Notes under the pieces: model-generated
What the model saw: the letters and a program-made list of their open reading frames with translations, nothing else
Databases searched by the model: none
Told to the model about the DNA's origin: nothing
From: Eledone cirrhosa
Lineage: Eukaryota
Reading direction: 5' to 3'
Assembly (NCBI GenBank): GCA_964016885.1
Contig: OZ024749.1
Coordinates: 51,212,001-51,276,000, forward strand
DNA: 64,000 nucleotides
Shown: piece after piece, positions 12,107-26,254 of the stretch
Numbering within the stretch: the stretch's first letter is position 1
Layout of the letters: the number at the start of each line of letters is the position of its first letter
Translations under genes and position numbers: made by a program

Positions 12107-14386
12107 ATTGCCAACTGACGTAGAGGCTGAACCAAGTCGTCAAAAAAAAAATTAAGAAAACTAAACGAGAACTAAAATAAAATAGAAAGTAAACCTCGAA
12201 TCTGTAATGGGTTGGGATTTAATGACATAGTTTCAATAATTTATAGTTAAAATATAACACTTGCTAGAAGGCAAAGAATTTTATCGAATAGCTCAGAGTT
12301 CTGGGAGGAAGTACTGATAAAAAAAGTCCCTCCCTAGTAAGACCTCTGGAATGTAGTTAAAATTATCAACATCAGATTAGTTAAGCTGCATAAACGTTGA
12401 GGAAAGAAAAACGATATTAATGTCAGCAAAATAAAATAGGTTAGAGAGATGTTAGATTCTTAACTGAAATATCTTGTGGGATATTTTATTCCTGTGTTAA
12501 ATCTTTACTAAATGGTATTTTCAGTTATAATATATCTTGCTATATCTTAATATCATCTTTTTTTAAATATTTATTTTAATAATTGTTTCTACTGTTTAAT
12601 ATTTAACTTCAGGTGATGCAACTTAAGAATAAGATATAAACTGGCTCGAGAAAACTAGTCGACTTTATCAGGTTGTTTAGAGTGCATATCGCTTAACGAC
12701 ATCTTGTTTTTTTTTATGATTCAGTTGCCATTTTTTTCATGCCTTTGCCGTTCCCTTGGACAAAATCGATGGTGTAGAGAGGGAAGATTGATATACATGG
12801 GCGATTGCTGATCTTCCACAAAAAGAAAAAACAAAATACCTTGTCCAGACAAGTGCCTCAGAGGGGGGAACTTTTTAGATGCAAACCCCATGGTCATTTA
12901 TCACCGAAAGGGTTCTTTTTCTTATATATTTTTTAATAAGTTTCACACGTATCTTAAACAAGATAAGATCAATTGTAAGTCTGTAACACATTTCCTTTTT
13001 GTTTAATCTTTTCATACTTCAGACTGCGTGGGGGGAACATTTCCTGTTTAGACAAACATTTACTTATGTGTGCCCGTAGTTATCGATTCTAGATGTAACT
13101 AGATTAAAATTCCGACAGACTTCAAATTCAAAATTTGGACTGTACTGTCCAGTATGTTTCAGTACCAGTGTTTGTTTTAACATCTCTAAAATGTTTATTC
13201 TCAACGAGAATTCCTCAAATACTTCACAAATAGACTCTTCTTAAATAACACCCGAATGTTGACATCACCAAGTAGCAAAACACATTTCTAAGTATATCTC
13301 TGTGTAAAACTAAATTCTTTTAACCCTTTAATATTTAAACCGGTCATATCCGACCAGAATTCTTTCACATGTTTCTGGTCAAATCGGCCATAACTGGACG
13401 CTCAAACTAATGTTAACATATTGTTCTCAAAATAAATAATATCAAAATCTCATAGATTCAATATTATGTGAGATAGAGCCTTTACCATGAAAATACAATA
13501 GCAAATATAGAGTAAGGGTTAATCTAACTGAAAGCAGGTTCGAGCCTCGCGAGTTGGAATGGCTCTTCAGCGCATCTCTCTTACCATCCTCCGAGGAAAC
13601 GCCTTCTCCATCCTGTCTGCCGGGGCTGTGGGGGAGGCCAGCACGTGGGACCCCATTTGCTCATCATACGGATTAATAGGCAAAGTTATAAACTAGTGTG
13701 ATATGATACAGCACGAGGTTATACAACAACAACAACAGCAACAGAGCTACAGAAATAGACTGAACACTGGAGAGAACGCAACATACTGAGAATGTTTCCT
13801 TGCCTTCCATTACGATCCATCACTATGTCAGAATATACAATGTAACCCTCAGCTGCTGATCAGATCTATGAGCCACAAATTGAACGTTCAGTTAATGACC
13901 AACACACCATTTGCCTGTCTCTGTCTTATCAGAACTGACCTGGGGCTAAATAACACTAGTATTTTATACCTCACTCTTCAGCTGTTCTCAGTGAGTTTTA
14001 TATAAATCTAGTTAAAGTAATATAATCCTCAGAAGTTTCATACCGACAAATATCTAATAGCAAAGCTTTTAATGATTTATAAGAAATATTCTCAAGTTTA
14101 AGATATTTTCAAGCAGATTCTATAGAAATAATTGTTTCTACTTTTGACACAAGGCCAGCAATTATCCCAGTGTATTACAGGTACTTTATTTTATCGACCC
14201 CGTAAGGATGAAAGGCAAAGTTAACCTAGGCGGGATTTGAACTCAGATCGTAAAGGGACATAACTCTATACGTCAAAGCATAGCGTCCGACCCTCTACTG
14301 ATACTGCCAATCCAACGCCTTCTATAGATTCTATAGAAATAATGAAATTTATTTTGTAATAGTACTAGAATCACCTCCCTACATGT

Positions 14387-16049
14387 AAGATTTCACAGCT
14401 CTATCATGAAGCCTTCATAGTCAGCCTATGAACTTTTCAGCCTGTCCTTGTAATCCTTGGAAAGAAACTATGCAGTTATTGATAACGAGGAGTTGAAATT
14501 AATGCATGCAAGATTTCACAGCACTAGCATCAATCCTTCATAGTCAGCCTATGAACTTTTCAGCATACCCTTATAATCCTTGAGAAGAAACAATGCAGTT
14601 ATTGATAACGAGGAGTTGAAATTAATGCATGCAAGATTTCACAGCACTAGCATCAAGCCTTCATAGTCAGCCTATGAACTTTTCAGCATACCCTTATAAT
14701 CCTTGGGAAGAAACAATGCAGTTATTGATAACGAGGAGTTGAAATTAATGCATGCAAGATTTCACAGCACTAGCATCAATCCTTCATAGTCAGCCTATGA
14801 ACTTTTCAGCATACCCTTATAATCCTTGGGAAGAAACAATGCAGTTATTGATAACGAGGAGTTGAAATTAATGCATGCAAGATTTCACAGCACTAGCATC
14901 AAGCCTTCATAGTCAGCCTATGAACTTTTCAGCATACCCTTATAATCCTTGGGAAGAAACAATGCAGTTATTGATAACGAGGAGTTGAAATTAATGCATG
15001 CAAGATTTCACAGCACTAGCATCAATCCTTCATAGTCAGCCTATGAACTTTTCAGCATACCCTTATAATCCTTGGGAAGAAACAATGCAGTTATTGATAA
15101 CGAGGAGTTGAAATTAATGCATGCAAGATTTCACAGCACTAGCATCAATCCTTCATAGTCAGCCTATGAACTTTTCAGCATACCCTTATAATCCTTGGGA
15201 AGAAACAATGCAGTTATTGATAACGAGGAGTTGAAATTAATGCATGCAAGATTTCACAGCACTAGCATCAAGCCTTCATAGTCAGCCTATGAACTTTTCA
15301 GCATACCCTTATAATCCTTGGGAAGAAACAATGCAGTTATTGATAACGAGGAGTTGAAATTAATGCATGCAAGATTTCACAGCTCTAGCATCAAGCCTTC
15401 ATAGTCAGCCTATGAACTTTTCAGCATACCCTTATAATCCTTGGGAAGAAACAATGCAGTTATTGATAACGAGGAGTTGAAATTAATGCATGCAAGATTT
15501 CACAGCACTAGCATCAATCCTTCATAGTCAGCCTATGAACTTTTCAGCATACCCTTATAATCCTTGGGAAGAAACAATGCAGTTATTGATAACGAGGAGT
15601 TGAAATTAATGCATGCAAGATTTCACAGCACTAGCATCAATCCTTCATAGTCAGCCTATGAACTTTTCAGCATACCCTTATAATCCTTGGGAAGAAACAA
15701 TGCAGTTATTGATAACGAGGAGTTGAAATTAATGCATGCAAGATTTCACAGCACTAGCATCAATCCTTCATAGTCAGCCTATGAACTTTTCAGCATACCC
15801 TTATAATCCTTGGGAAGAAACAATGCAGTTATTGATAACGAGGAGTTGAAATTAATGCATGCAAGATTTCACAGCACTAGCATCAATCCTTCATAGTCAG
15901 CCTATGAACTTTTCAGCATACACTTATAATCCTTGGGAAGAAACAATGCAGTTATTGATAATGAGGAGTTGAAATTAATGCATGCAAGATTTCACAGCAC
16001 TAGCATCAAGCCTTCATAGTCAGCCTATGAACTTTTCAGCATACCCTCG
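14387..16049. repeat. Tandem array of a 123-bp unit (about 13.5 copies) derived from a mariner-type MITE end
   Basis: GATAACGAGG recurs at 14481, 14604, 14727 and so on to 15957. The unit matches the dispersed MITE, and the array ends in the TIR ...CTTTTCAGCATACCCTCG|TA. Confidence 0.95.
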
Positions 16050-16454
16050 TATATATGGCTCTAAAGAGAGTTAATTGGGTCGAGAATAAAATCGAGGTTT
16101 CCAGGTGTTATCAATAACTATAGGAAATATCTGAAACATTTAATACATTGAAGACTTGAATGAAGTCCCTGTAGTTAAAGGCAGTAAACTGAAATGTTAT
16201 ATTGGGGGCGGAAGGATAGTTCTTCACTTGTAGGGATTTCCGTCCTCTTCGAAGGCAAAAACACTAAAACAACATCCTTCATTAAAGACAGGAAAAATGA
16301 CAACTACAACAACAACATCAACATCAACAGTATCAACAACAACAACAGCATCAAAAGTTTAAATTATATAGAGTAGAGCAGAGTTGTGAGTGAACCAAGA
16401 AAGGATGAGTTACCCACACTATCTTCAAGGTTGCTGGATAAGTGCAATTTCCGA

Positions 16455-16591
16455 AACAACAACAACCACAACAACAACGACACCACCAGCAGCAGCAACA
16501 ATTATTTATTTTTCTACTACTACGACGAAGACGACGACGACTGCTACTACTACTACTACTACTACCACTACTACTACTACTACTACCACTA

Positions 16592-16625
<34 letters not shown>

Positions 16626-16665
16626 CACTACTACTACTACTACCACCACTACTACTACTACCACC

Positions 16666-16697
<32 letters not shown>

Positions 16698-16719
16698 CAC
16701 TACTACTACTACTACCACC

Positions 16720-16751
<32 letters not shown>

Positions 16752-16761
16752 CACCACCACC

Positions 16762-16794
<33 letters not shown>

Positions 16795-16896
16795 TCTATT
16801 ACCACTACCGTTACTACTACTACTACTACCACTACCGCCACTACTACTACTACCACCACCACCACTACTACTATTACTACTACTACTACTACCTTC

Positions 16897-16927
<31 letters not shown>

Positions 16928-17022
16928 TTACTACTACTTTTATTACCACTACCGCTACTACTACAACTACCACCACTACCACCACTACTACTACCACTAC
17001 TACCACCACTATTACTACTACC

Positions 17023-17057
<35 letters not shown>

Positions 17058-17058
17058 A
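16455..17058. repeat. (ACT/ACC)n trinucleotide tract
   Basis: Direct reading. Confidence 0.96.
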
Positions 17059-20000
17059 TTTATCCCCAACAAAATCATATACACGGAATACCAGAGAAAA
17101 TTGACAAGGCAGAAGATAGTTTTCGGTGTCGTGTCGGATAAAAGGAAGAGGGTTGCACAAAAACTTCAAGGAGGGGTGAGAGATCTTTTAAAGTTTAGGT
17201 AGGAGGAGGGGTGGAAACATCAAATATTCAAAGGCCCCTTCTTCTGCTCTCCAAGCTTCGGTCCAGAGTACCAACTGAAACTCCAATTATAGACCCTACA
17301 AAGCAAACATACCTTTTTTTTTTCTTTCCTCCGAAGAAGGATAGAGAATGAGAAAATAGAAGTGGAAAGCGATATAGAGGAAGAATCGATCTTGAACGTG
17401 ATTGGTACTTTTTTTATCGACCTCGAAAGGCTGCAAGGTAAAGTTGACCACGGCGAGATTTGAGCTCAGAGAGCAGAGAGCTGGACCCAATACTGCAAAG
17501 CATTCTATCCGACGTTCTAACGTCCCTACCGATTCGCCTTCTTTTGTTTCAAAGGGTTAATCACATTATACAAGACAAGAAAGGTTTAGGTTTACAGCAA
17601 TATTACCAAAACACAGCCACTGCACTCGCTATTAACTATTATGTGTGCACTCTGAACATCTAGATGCGGTTTCACTACTGCGACCTTATTGATTCACTGA
17701 GTGAGTCATGGCCGGAAATCACTGAAATAACATCAGTGACTTTCGTAAATTTTGTAGTTTATATTATATTACAGAATGCAGTGTATAACAGGATTTATAA
17801 TATTTTATATTTCATATTATACAGGTTGTAGCTTATAATAATATTTACATAATATGGTATGGCTCACATTGGAGTTTACATGAAATATATACAACATTCT
17901 CATATGATTAATGCCGGAGGATACAGCATGTGAAGCTCATACTATATCTCGAGACATATATTATCCTTTTGACAAGTATTTCTGACAGATTCTAAGAAAT
18001 GTTCACACACACGTGTACAAATCTTATCACAGATTCTCAAACATTCCTTTACCTCAATTTCCAACAAACAAAATTATTTTCATTTTCAATGTATCCTGTC
18101 TCTGCCTTGCGATCTATTTCTAGAAACTCTCTTTAATTTTCCATTGTCAATCTTCACCTCTCTAGCGTTTTATTGTAGTCAAAAGTTACAGGTAAAAACT
18201 AATGTATAAAGCACTGGAGCAGTACTATACTTGATTGGTATTAATCAGTAGAGCATCGGACAACATGCTTTGCGGGATATAGTTACGTCCTTTTACGTTC
18301 TGATTTCAAATCCCGTCGAAGTTAGCTTTGCTTTTCATCCTTACGGAATCGATAAAATAAAGTACCAGTAATGTACTGGGTCGATTTAATCGACTTTCTC
18401 CTCCCTCCCCCCAATTACTGCCCTTGTGCCTATACTAGAAATCATTATTTGGCCGCGGAGGACTGTCAGGAATCGGACAGTAACCTTTACATCAGTAACC
18501 TTTACATCATAGAGTTACGTCTCTTTACGTTCTGAGTTCAAATCATGTCGTGATTAACTTTGCCTTTCATCCTTACGGGGTCGAAAAAATAAAATACCAG
18601 TAATACACTGGAATCAATTTAATCGACTTTACCCTTCCCTAAAATTGTTGGCCTTGTGCCTAAATCAGAAACCATTATAGTCCAAAGTTAGAGTTTTATT
18701 TACTTGTTATAAATGATAAGTTTACTGCTAAGACAAGCAGAAAACAATATATCTGTCATGTTGTGTGTTATATGATTTGTGCAGAGTCTGTATCGTATCG
18801 TAGATTGATAAAAAGATAATATTATTAAAAATTGACATTTGTATTTTGTTTTAAGTAAAATTCCAAGCAAATGACCCACCCACCACCCACCACCCACCAC
18901 CCAGCATAGTATCACTTAATCAAAGAATTACACCCGCCCATGAAGAAAACATTTACGAAGATCGGCTGAAAAGTCCATAAGCTGACTATGGAGAAATAAT
19001 GCTAGAGTTGTTAAATCGTGCATGCATTACTTTCAATTCTTCTTATTAATAACTGCATTGTTTCTGTCCAAGGACTATGTTGAAAAATAAACCTCATTTG
19101 GTCATTCCATGAGAGTATCTTGATCAGACTATTAACTATGCAGGCTATGAATTGATCAACCGACCCACGTATGTAAACAATGTCAAACAATCTGGAAGAT
19201 TATATAAAATAATTATTTTATAGACAAAACAGTGAAAGATCATTTTAATTCTTATATTATTCAATCTTTAAAACTCGATATGTTCAAATGTTTTGTTCAA
19301 ACCCTGATCTACTGACAACCGATATTTTGTACAATTAAATGGTGGGTTTTACTATATCAGTCACGATCGTGGGCAATGATAAGGTTTTTGAGTAAGGTAT
19401 TGTACATGATATGAAAGGTTGTTATATAAAACAGCCATGATAAGAACCAGATTTAGATCTTAGATGAGGGCATTATATTATAATATCATAATATTATAAT
19501 ATTATAAAATTAAATCAAATTGTTTAGAACTACAAGTGAAGTCATTCTTTTTCTTTTTTTCATATATATATATATAAGTAGAAAGACAGAGAGAGAGACG
19601 AAAGGGCTCTGTTTGCTGAGGGCGGGAAAGGAGCAGGGCATTCACTCCCCCTCCCAATTCCCCACAGGCCCTATCCTCCCATAAATCCGACCTTGGTCAC
19701 CATTCCTGAAAGTCAGCACAATTATGTTATTGTGTTGTCACAAGAAGCAACGTCTGGAATGTAACACCAATATCTACGTGAATTCGAAATAGAAACTTTT
19801 CATTTTCCATCTGAAAAATCTCAACAAGATGCGTCTCTTGTTTTAATTTAATCATATTTGATATAATATTTCTGCTGTTCCAGAAGAGAAACTAGAGAAA
19901 GTTGACAGAGCCATGAACTAAAATAATGTCACTAGATGAAGTTGATTTAATTTTTAAGTCTCAATTTCCGATTGGCAAGATTAAATATTTTACAACACGC

Positions 20001-20128
20001 ACGCATACCCACAAACATCACCCACACACACATCACCCCCACCATATACAGACCACACACACAAACACACACACACACACATCACCTCCTACACACATAA
20101 CCCCCACCATATACACACAACACACACA

Positions 20129-20160
<32 letters not shown>

Positions 20161-21360
20161 TCATTCCCAACACACATAACCCCCACCATATATACACCCC
20201 ACACACACGCACAAACACTCACACACACACACACACAAACACTCCCCTCCCACACACACGATCCCCTACACATATATGACCCTTAACATACATATACACA
20301 CACACCCAACACACACAAACACACACACATATATGTATCATTTGATATCTAATGTACTATTATAGCATCTCTACCACTCCCTCTAACCCCTTTAGGCCCT
20401 GGCGCCTCCTGGGGATTCTCAACGCCCCCCCCCCCCCCATCCACCCCCAGAGAAAAGGCCGTAGGGGTCACTTTCAGAACCTTTGTTTTAGAGCTAAATA
20501 ATAAATTTCCAGTGATCATGAATCTTGGGTTAAAACCGAAAGAATGTGATCGCGAATTCAAGCGTTACTGGGGCTTCATTTCATCGACCCCTTAAATAAG
20601 AAAAACAAAACTAAACCTCGGTGGGATTTGAACTCAGGACATAAAGGGCCATAACCAAGGTCCTTGTTTCAGAGGGGTACCAGGAGACAAGTCCCCACCA
20701 CTTTTTCAGGAACGGGGGACAAACCATCTTTTGTTTTTTTATTTATTTGAAATAATTGTTTCTACTTTTGGTACAAACCAGCAATTATCACAGTGTATTA
20801 CTGGTACTTTATTTTATCCACCCCGTAAGGATGAAAGGCAAAGTTAACCTCGCGGGATTTGAACTCAGACCATAAAGGGCCGTAACTCTTTGCTGTGCTG
20901 CAAAGCATGGATATAATAAATTCTTTTTAAGCTTATTTTTTTTATATCTGAACTTCATTTGAATATATAAAATTTAATTAGCGTAAAATTTTACTTATGT
21001 GATAGGGTCCAGGAAAGGACCCATAAGCAATACTAACATCGTCCTTTAAGAATCAACAAATGTTGGTTTGTACCCCTCACATTTTAAAGGCAAACCAGGT
21101 CCCTGGCCGTAACTGTATGCCGCAAAGCAGGGTGTCCGACGCTCTACCGATACTGCCAAGTCATTAACCTTAATATCTTGCTTAAACGTTTAATACATAC
21201 AACAGTAAAATGTTTTGTTCTTCTTTTAAGTTGATAGCAACCTATCTATGTGTGTCTTAAATTAAGTTAGACTATCTAACAATATGTGTTAGATTAATAT
21301 ATTCATCAACACATACCTATATAAATGTCATGTATGTAGATAGATATATATATATATATA

Positions 21361-21547
21361 TTGTTATACTTGGGGAGGGTCATATTTGTGTAATATTGCC
21401 AGAATTAATAACAGAACACACTCACTCTTTGGTTGGTTTTCGCTTCTCGCTGTCTTTTATATCTGCGATCTAACTTAATCGGTCCTCAATGTTTGTTTCG
21501 ACACACGATTTCATATAAAAAACCTCGCTAAACTAATTCATCGCCGC
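21361..21547. mobile_element. Solo PLE terminal-repeat fragment (family A) with internal inversion
   Basis: 21361-21493 is co-linear with about 33407-33538; 21492-21547 is the reverse complement of 33348-33403. TA tracts on both sides. Confidence 0.85.
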
Positions 21548-21567
21548 TATATATATATATATATATA

Positions 21568-21696
21568 TATTTATTAAAATAACATATTAAAGTTTAAGCA
21601 AAGAATCGCTGCTTTCACCCTTAGTTTCAGAAGATCCCGTTAAGGGTGAAAGCAGCGATTCTTTGCTTAAACTTTAATCTGTTATTTTAATAAATA
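21568..21696. repeat. Inverted duplication (about 56-bp arms, 17-nt spacer) over a degenerate hammerhead
   Basis: ...GCTGCTTTCACCCTTA / TAAGGGTGAAAGCAGC...; spacer plus right arm read CAGAAGA-U CCC GUUAA GGG U-GAAA. Confidence 0.85.
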
Positions 21697-21780
21697 TTTG
21701 CTCTACGGTTCTTATATATTTGATATATATTTATCCTTATCGAGCCCTCTTTGGATTTTAGTCTTCAAATTTATTATTAT

Positions 21781-21822
<42 letters not shown>

Positions 21823-21825
<3 letters not shown>

Positions 21826-21977
21826 ATCAAAAGATGGTTAAAAGAGTTCCAAGTATTTTATTATGCGCATTTCAAAAACAAATATCATCATGGTATGATA
21901 TATGTGTTTTCATCAGATAAAATAGGGATACATGATATGAAGCTTAAAAAACACTTGTGAATAGTGAACTTTTAAAT

Positions 21978-21992
<15 letters not shown>
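21823..21992 (-). mobile_element. Short hammerhead-bearing element in (TA)n; second copy at about 58492-58700
   Basis: Two copies alignable over about 165 bp, both flanked by TA tracts; no ORF. Confidence 0.75.
21854..21924 (-). ncRNA. Type I hammerhead ribozyme motif
   Basis: UAUUUUAU-CUGAUGA-AAACACAUAUAUCAU...AUGAUAUUUGUUUUU-GAAA-UGCGCA-UA-AUAAAAUA; 8-bp stem I, palindromic AUGCGCAU stem III. Confidence 0.85.
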
Positions 21993-22042
<50 letters not shown>

Positions 22043-22540
22043 ACATGTAATCCAGTACAACCTGTCGCATGGTTGGGTCGTCGGTGACTAAAGCGGCAAC
22101 CCCACCAAGTTTACTTGGTGAGGAGGGTGATTTTGGGCACCCTGCAGGACAAAAAACAAAACCTGACAAAGGGCGGAAGAACTCATAAGAGTCAACGGCC
22201 ATCCGAAAGTATGTAAATATTTATATACACATGTACCGCGCGGTTAAACCACTGGGAGTGAAGGACCCCTAGCCTTTGTCACAGCATTCTTCTAGGAGAA
22301 GGCTACTCAGGAAACTGGGATAACTCCGATATAAAGCCTGCGGCTCGGTAGTTACCGATGATGTTGATCTTTTCTTCTTTTCGGGTTATAGCTACTGTCG
22401 CTCAGAGAGTGGGATTGGCTCAGTGCACAGTCTTTCCTCACTTTAAAAAGTATCTTTAAAAAGTATTGCACGATAGAATTAATTAATAATTATTAATAAT
22501 GGTATATCGTGCAATGGGCATACTCGATAACAAGGAGGCA

Positions 22541-22584
<44 letters not shown>

Positions 22585-22655
22585 TTATATATATATACAT
22601 ATATATACATATATACATATTCACATATACATATATATATATATACATATATATA

Positions 22656-22691
<36 letters not shown>

Positions 22692-22780
22692 TACATATAT
22701 ACATATATATATATACATACATACATATATACATATATATATACATACATATATATATTCATATATATATACACGTATAT

Positions 22781-22829
<49 letters not shown>

Positions 22830-22842
22830 CCTACATTCATAC

Positions 22843-22873
<31 letters not shown>

Positions 22874-23156
22874 TAAATATACAGTTGTTTATGACTAAAT
22901 AAATAAATAAATAGTATAAGCGAATTCCAAAGGATTTGTTATATAATAAAAAAAATGGCTGTCTTCGATCCCCATCTTAATTTAATAAATATGATCCCGT
23001 GGGACGAATTTCACAGGAAAGTACATATGGTCATGGCGTCATAGATGTGTGTGTGTATGTGTTGGTTTATATATATATATATGTATATATATTGTGTGTG
23101 TGTGTTAAAAAGTAAATACATATGGTCATAACGTTATAGATGTGTGTGTACGTGTT

Positions 23157-23237
<81 letters not shown>

Positions 23238-23373
23238 GTGTATATATATATATATAGTGTGTGTGTGTATCTGTGCGTGTGTGTGAGTATGTGTGTGTGT
23301 TAATGAGTGACAGAGATTGGTTGGGAGTAATTGTATGTGTGTGTGTGTGTGTATATATATATGTGTATATGTA

Positions 23374-23445
<72 letters not shown>

Positions 23446-24693
23446 TATATACAAACACACATACATATATATATATATGTGCGTGTGTGTGTGTGTGTGC
23501 ATGTACGTGTGTGTATAAGGCGTATATTTTGTTCATTTGCGCTAATTGTTTATTAATTATTTCGTGTTTTTTATTTGTTTGTTCATTTTCGTAATTTAGG
23601 GGCTTTGGTAACTTCCTTTTCTGAAATATAAGCAACAAAAATACTCTGGAGGGTTGACCCTATTACCTCTTTCCTTCCGTTCCTTTATAGTTTCATATAC
23701 AGTTGATAAGCTAACCCAAACTATATACATACGCTTATAATAACCAGGTTACTTTTTGCTGAGCGTGTGTGTATGTATGTATGTTTGCACTTCATGAAAT
23801 ATTTTGTTTTAAAGTATATTTAACCCTTTAGCATTTCACATTACTCTATATTTACTATTGTATTTTGTATTTTCATAGTAAAGGCCTTACATAATTATCT
23901 CACATAATATTGAATCTACGAGATTTTGATATTATTTATTTTGGGAACAATACCTTAACGTCAGTATGAGTAGTCGATTTGAACAGAAAGAGTTGAGAGA
24001 ATTCTGGCTGGGTATGGCCAGTTTAAATGCTAAAGCATTAATATTACTCTATATTTGCTATTACATTTTCATGGTAAAGGCTTTATCTCACATAATTATC
24101 TCACATAATATTGAATCTATGAAATTTTGATATTATCTATTTTGAGAACAATATGTTAACATTAGTTTGTGCGTCCAGTTACGGCCGATTTGACCAGAAA
24201 GATGTGAGAGAATTCTGGTCGGATATGGCCGGTTTAAATGCTAAAGTGTTAAAAGAATTTAGTTTTACACAGAGATATACTTAGAAATGTGTTTTGTTAT
24301 TTGGTGATATTAAAGTACCAGGGTACTACTCTCTGGGGTGGGCTTTTTAAATTGGTGATACATTTTATATAGTTCAGATGATCGCTCGATCTGTGAGAAT
24401 TAGTAGCCTAAGCTCTCTCAGATAACACCCTAAAAAATATTCAACTATATTAAAGTATATTAAAGTACCAGGCAAAACTCTCTAGACTGGGCTTTTTAAA
24501 TTGGTTAAAATATAGTTTGGATGCTTTTTCATAGTAGGTTGGTGTCATCCGTGTCCATGAGAGAGTTACTTTTATGAGATGGCTTGATCTGCAAGAATTA
24601 GCAGCCAAATCTCTCTCATCAGATAACACCCTAAAGTATATTAAAGTACCATGACAATACTCTCTGGAGTGGGCTTTTTAAATTGGTTAAAAT

Positions 24694-24738
<45 letters not shown>

Positions 24739-25057
24739 ACAGAGAGTGTGGTAAGGAACCAGGTGGACCATAACGCACCAGAGTACTCAATACATAGGGT
24801 AGTAGAGTGGGTAATAGGAAAAGAGTCAGTCTGTTTATGTATTTATAGCCTACACTGTAAAGTGGTCGTGTAAAAGACAGAGCAAAAAGCACCCACCACA
24901 CGTTGTAAATGTGGTTGGCGCTAGGAAGGGCCTCCAGCCGTAGAAAACCAGCCAGAAACACTCGTATATGAGCGAGTCACGGTCACCCGACTGTAAATGG
25001 GACAAACCTGTTTAACCCATGCTAGCGTGGAAGATAGACGTTAATCGATGATGATGA

Positions 25058-25139
<82 letters not shown>

Positions 25140-26198
25140 TGTGTGTGTGTGGCTGAGTGGTTAGAGAATTGGATTCACAATCGTGAGGTTGTGAGTTCGA
25201 TTCCCGGACCGCGCGATGCTTTATGTCCTTGAGCAAAACACTTTATTTCACGTTGCGACCGATAAATAGTATTAGCAGTTGGAAAGACCAATGGAAACAT
25301 TGTTTACACGGTCCGATTTGACGAAAGTCGATCGTTCCTTTTTATATACATATATATATGTGTGTGTGTGTGTATTTATATATGTATATACAAAGTGAGT
25401 CACATATTTGCAAGCAAAGATAGGGTATATTTTGAAAAAATATATACCAACTGTAGTAATTTAGTGATTTAGATATTTTGATATAATGATTTAGATATTG
25501 CTGGTGGACTTTGTCCTGTGAAATACTCTAAGAAGTTTATAGTAAAATTATATACAATTTTATACATGATTCCATCCGAAAATTGTTAAACATGTTTATG
25601 AATTAATAAAATTTACCTGTGGACGTATATGTTCTAGAGTAGCTTTCAAACAGGATTCTATCAGGTCTGGTATAATGTATGAAGCTATGTAAATAGTTCA
25701 CCCTTGTAACTTAGTAATCTGTCCTGATTATATCCAAAGTAAACACAACTACATTTATCTTTTACAATACCTTTACATTAAGTAGTTCCAACGCACTAAA
25801 TAACACACCTACAATTTTTTTCAATACCTTTACAATTTTTTTCAATACCTTTACATTAAGTAGTTCCCACACACTAAATAACACACCTACAATTTTTTTC
25901 TTAATATGATTTTATTCAAAGTATTGACTAGAGGGAGTAAGTTGATGGTGAGTTGAATCAACACCAGGTTGACTATGAAGGAGTGATGCTAAAGTTGTGA
26001 AATCTTTCATGCATTAATTTCATCTCTTCTTATTAATAACTGCCTTGTTTCTTTCCAGAGAGGGACTATGTTGAAAAATAAACCATGTAGTCATTCCATG
26101 AGAGTATTTTAGTCAGATTATGAACATTTCAGTCTATGAACTTTTCAGCCGACTATTTATATATGGCATTGATAAATATGCTGGGTCCGTCAACTCCT

Positions 26199-26249
<51 letters not shown>

Positions 26250-26254
<5 letters not shown>

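Noticed and set aside
14387-16049. CRISPR-like regular array (also 49216-49632 and 51883-52141)
   Set aside because: No unique spacers, eukaryotic context, no cas genes; these are plain tandem repeats.
16351-17202. Poly-Thr/Ser/Tyr/Leu/Val ORFs resembling mucin
   Set aside because: (ACT)n microsatellite open in five frames.
17697-17745. CUGAGUGA...GAAA motif
   Set aside because: Stem II cannot form a proper loop and GAAA is sequestered in a simple hairpin; not a credible hammerhead.
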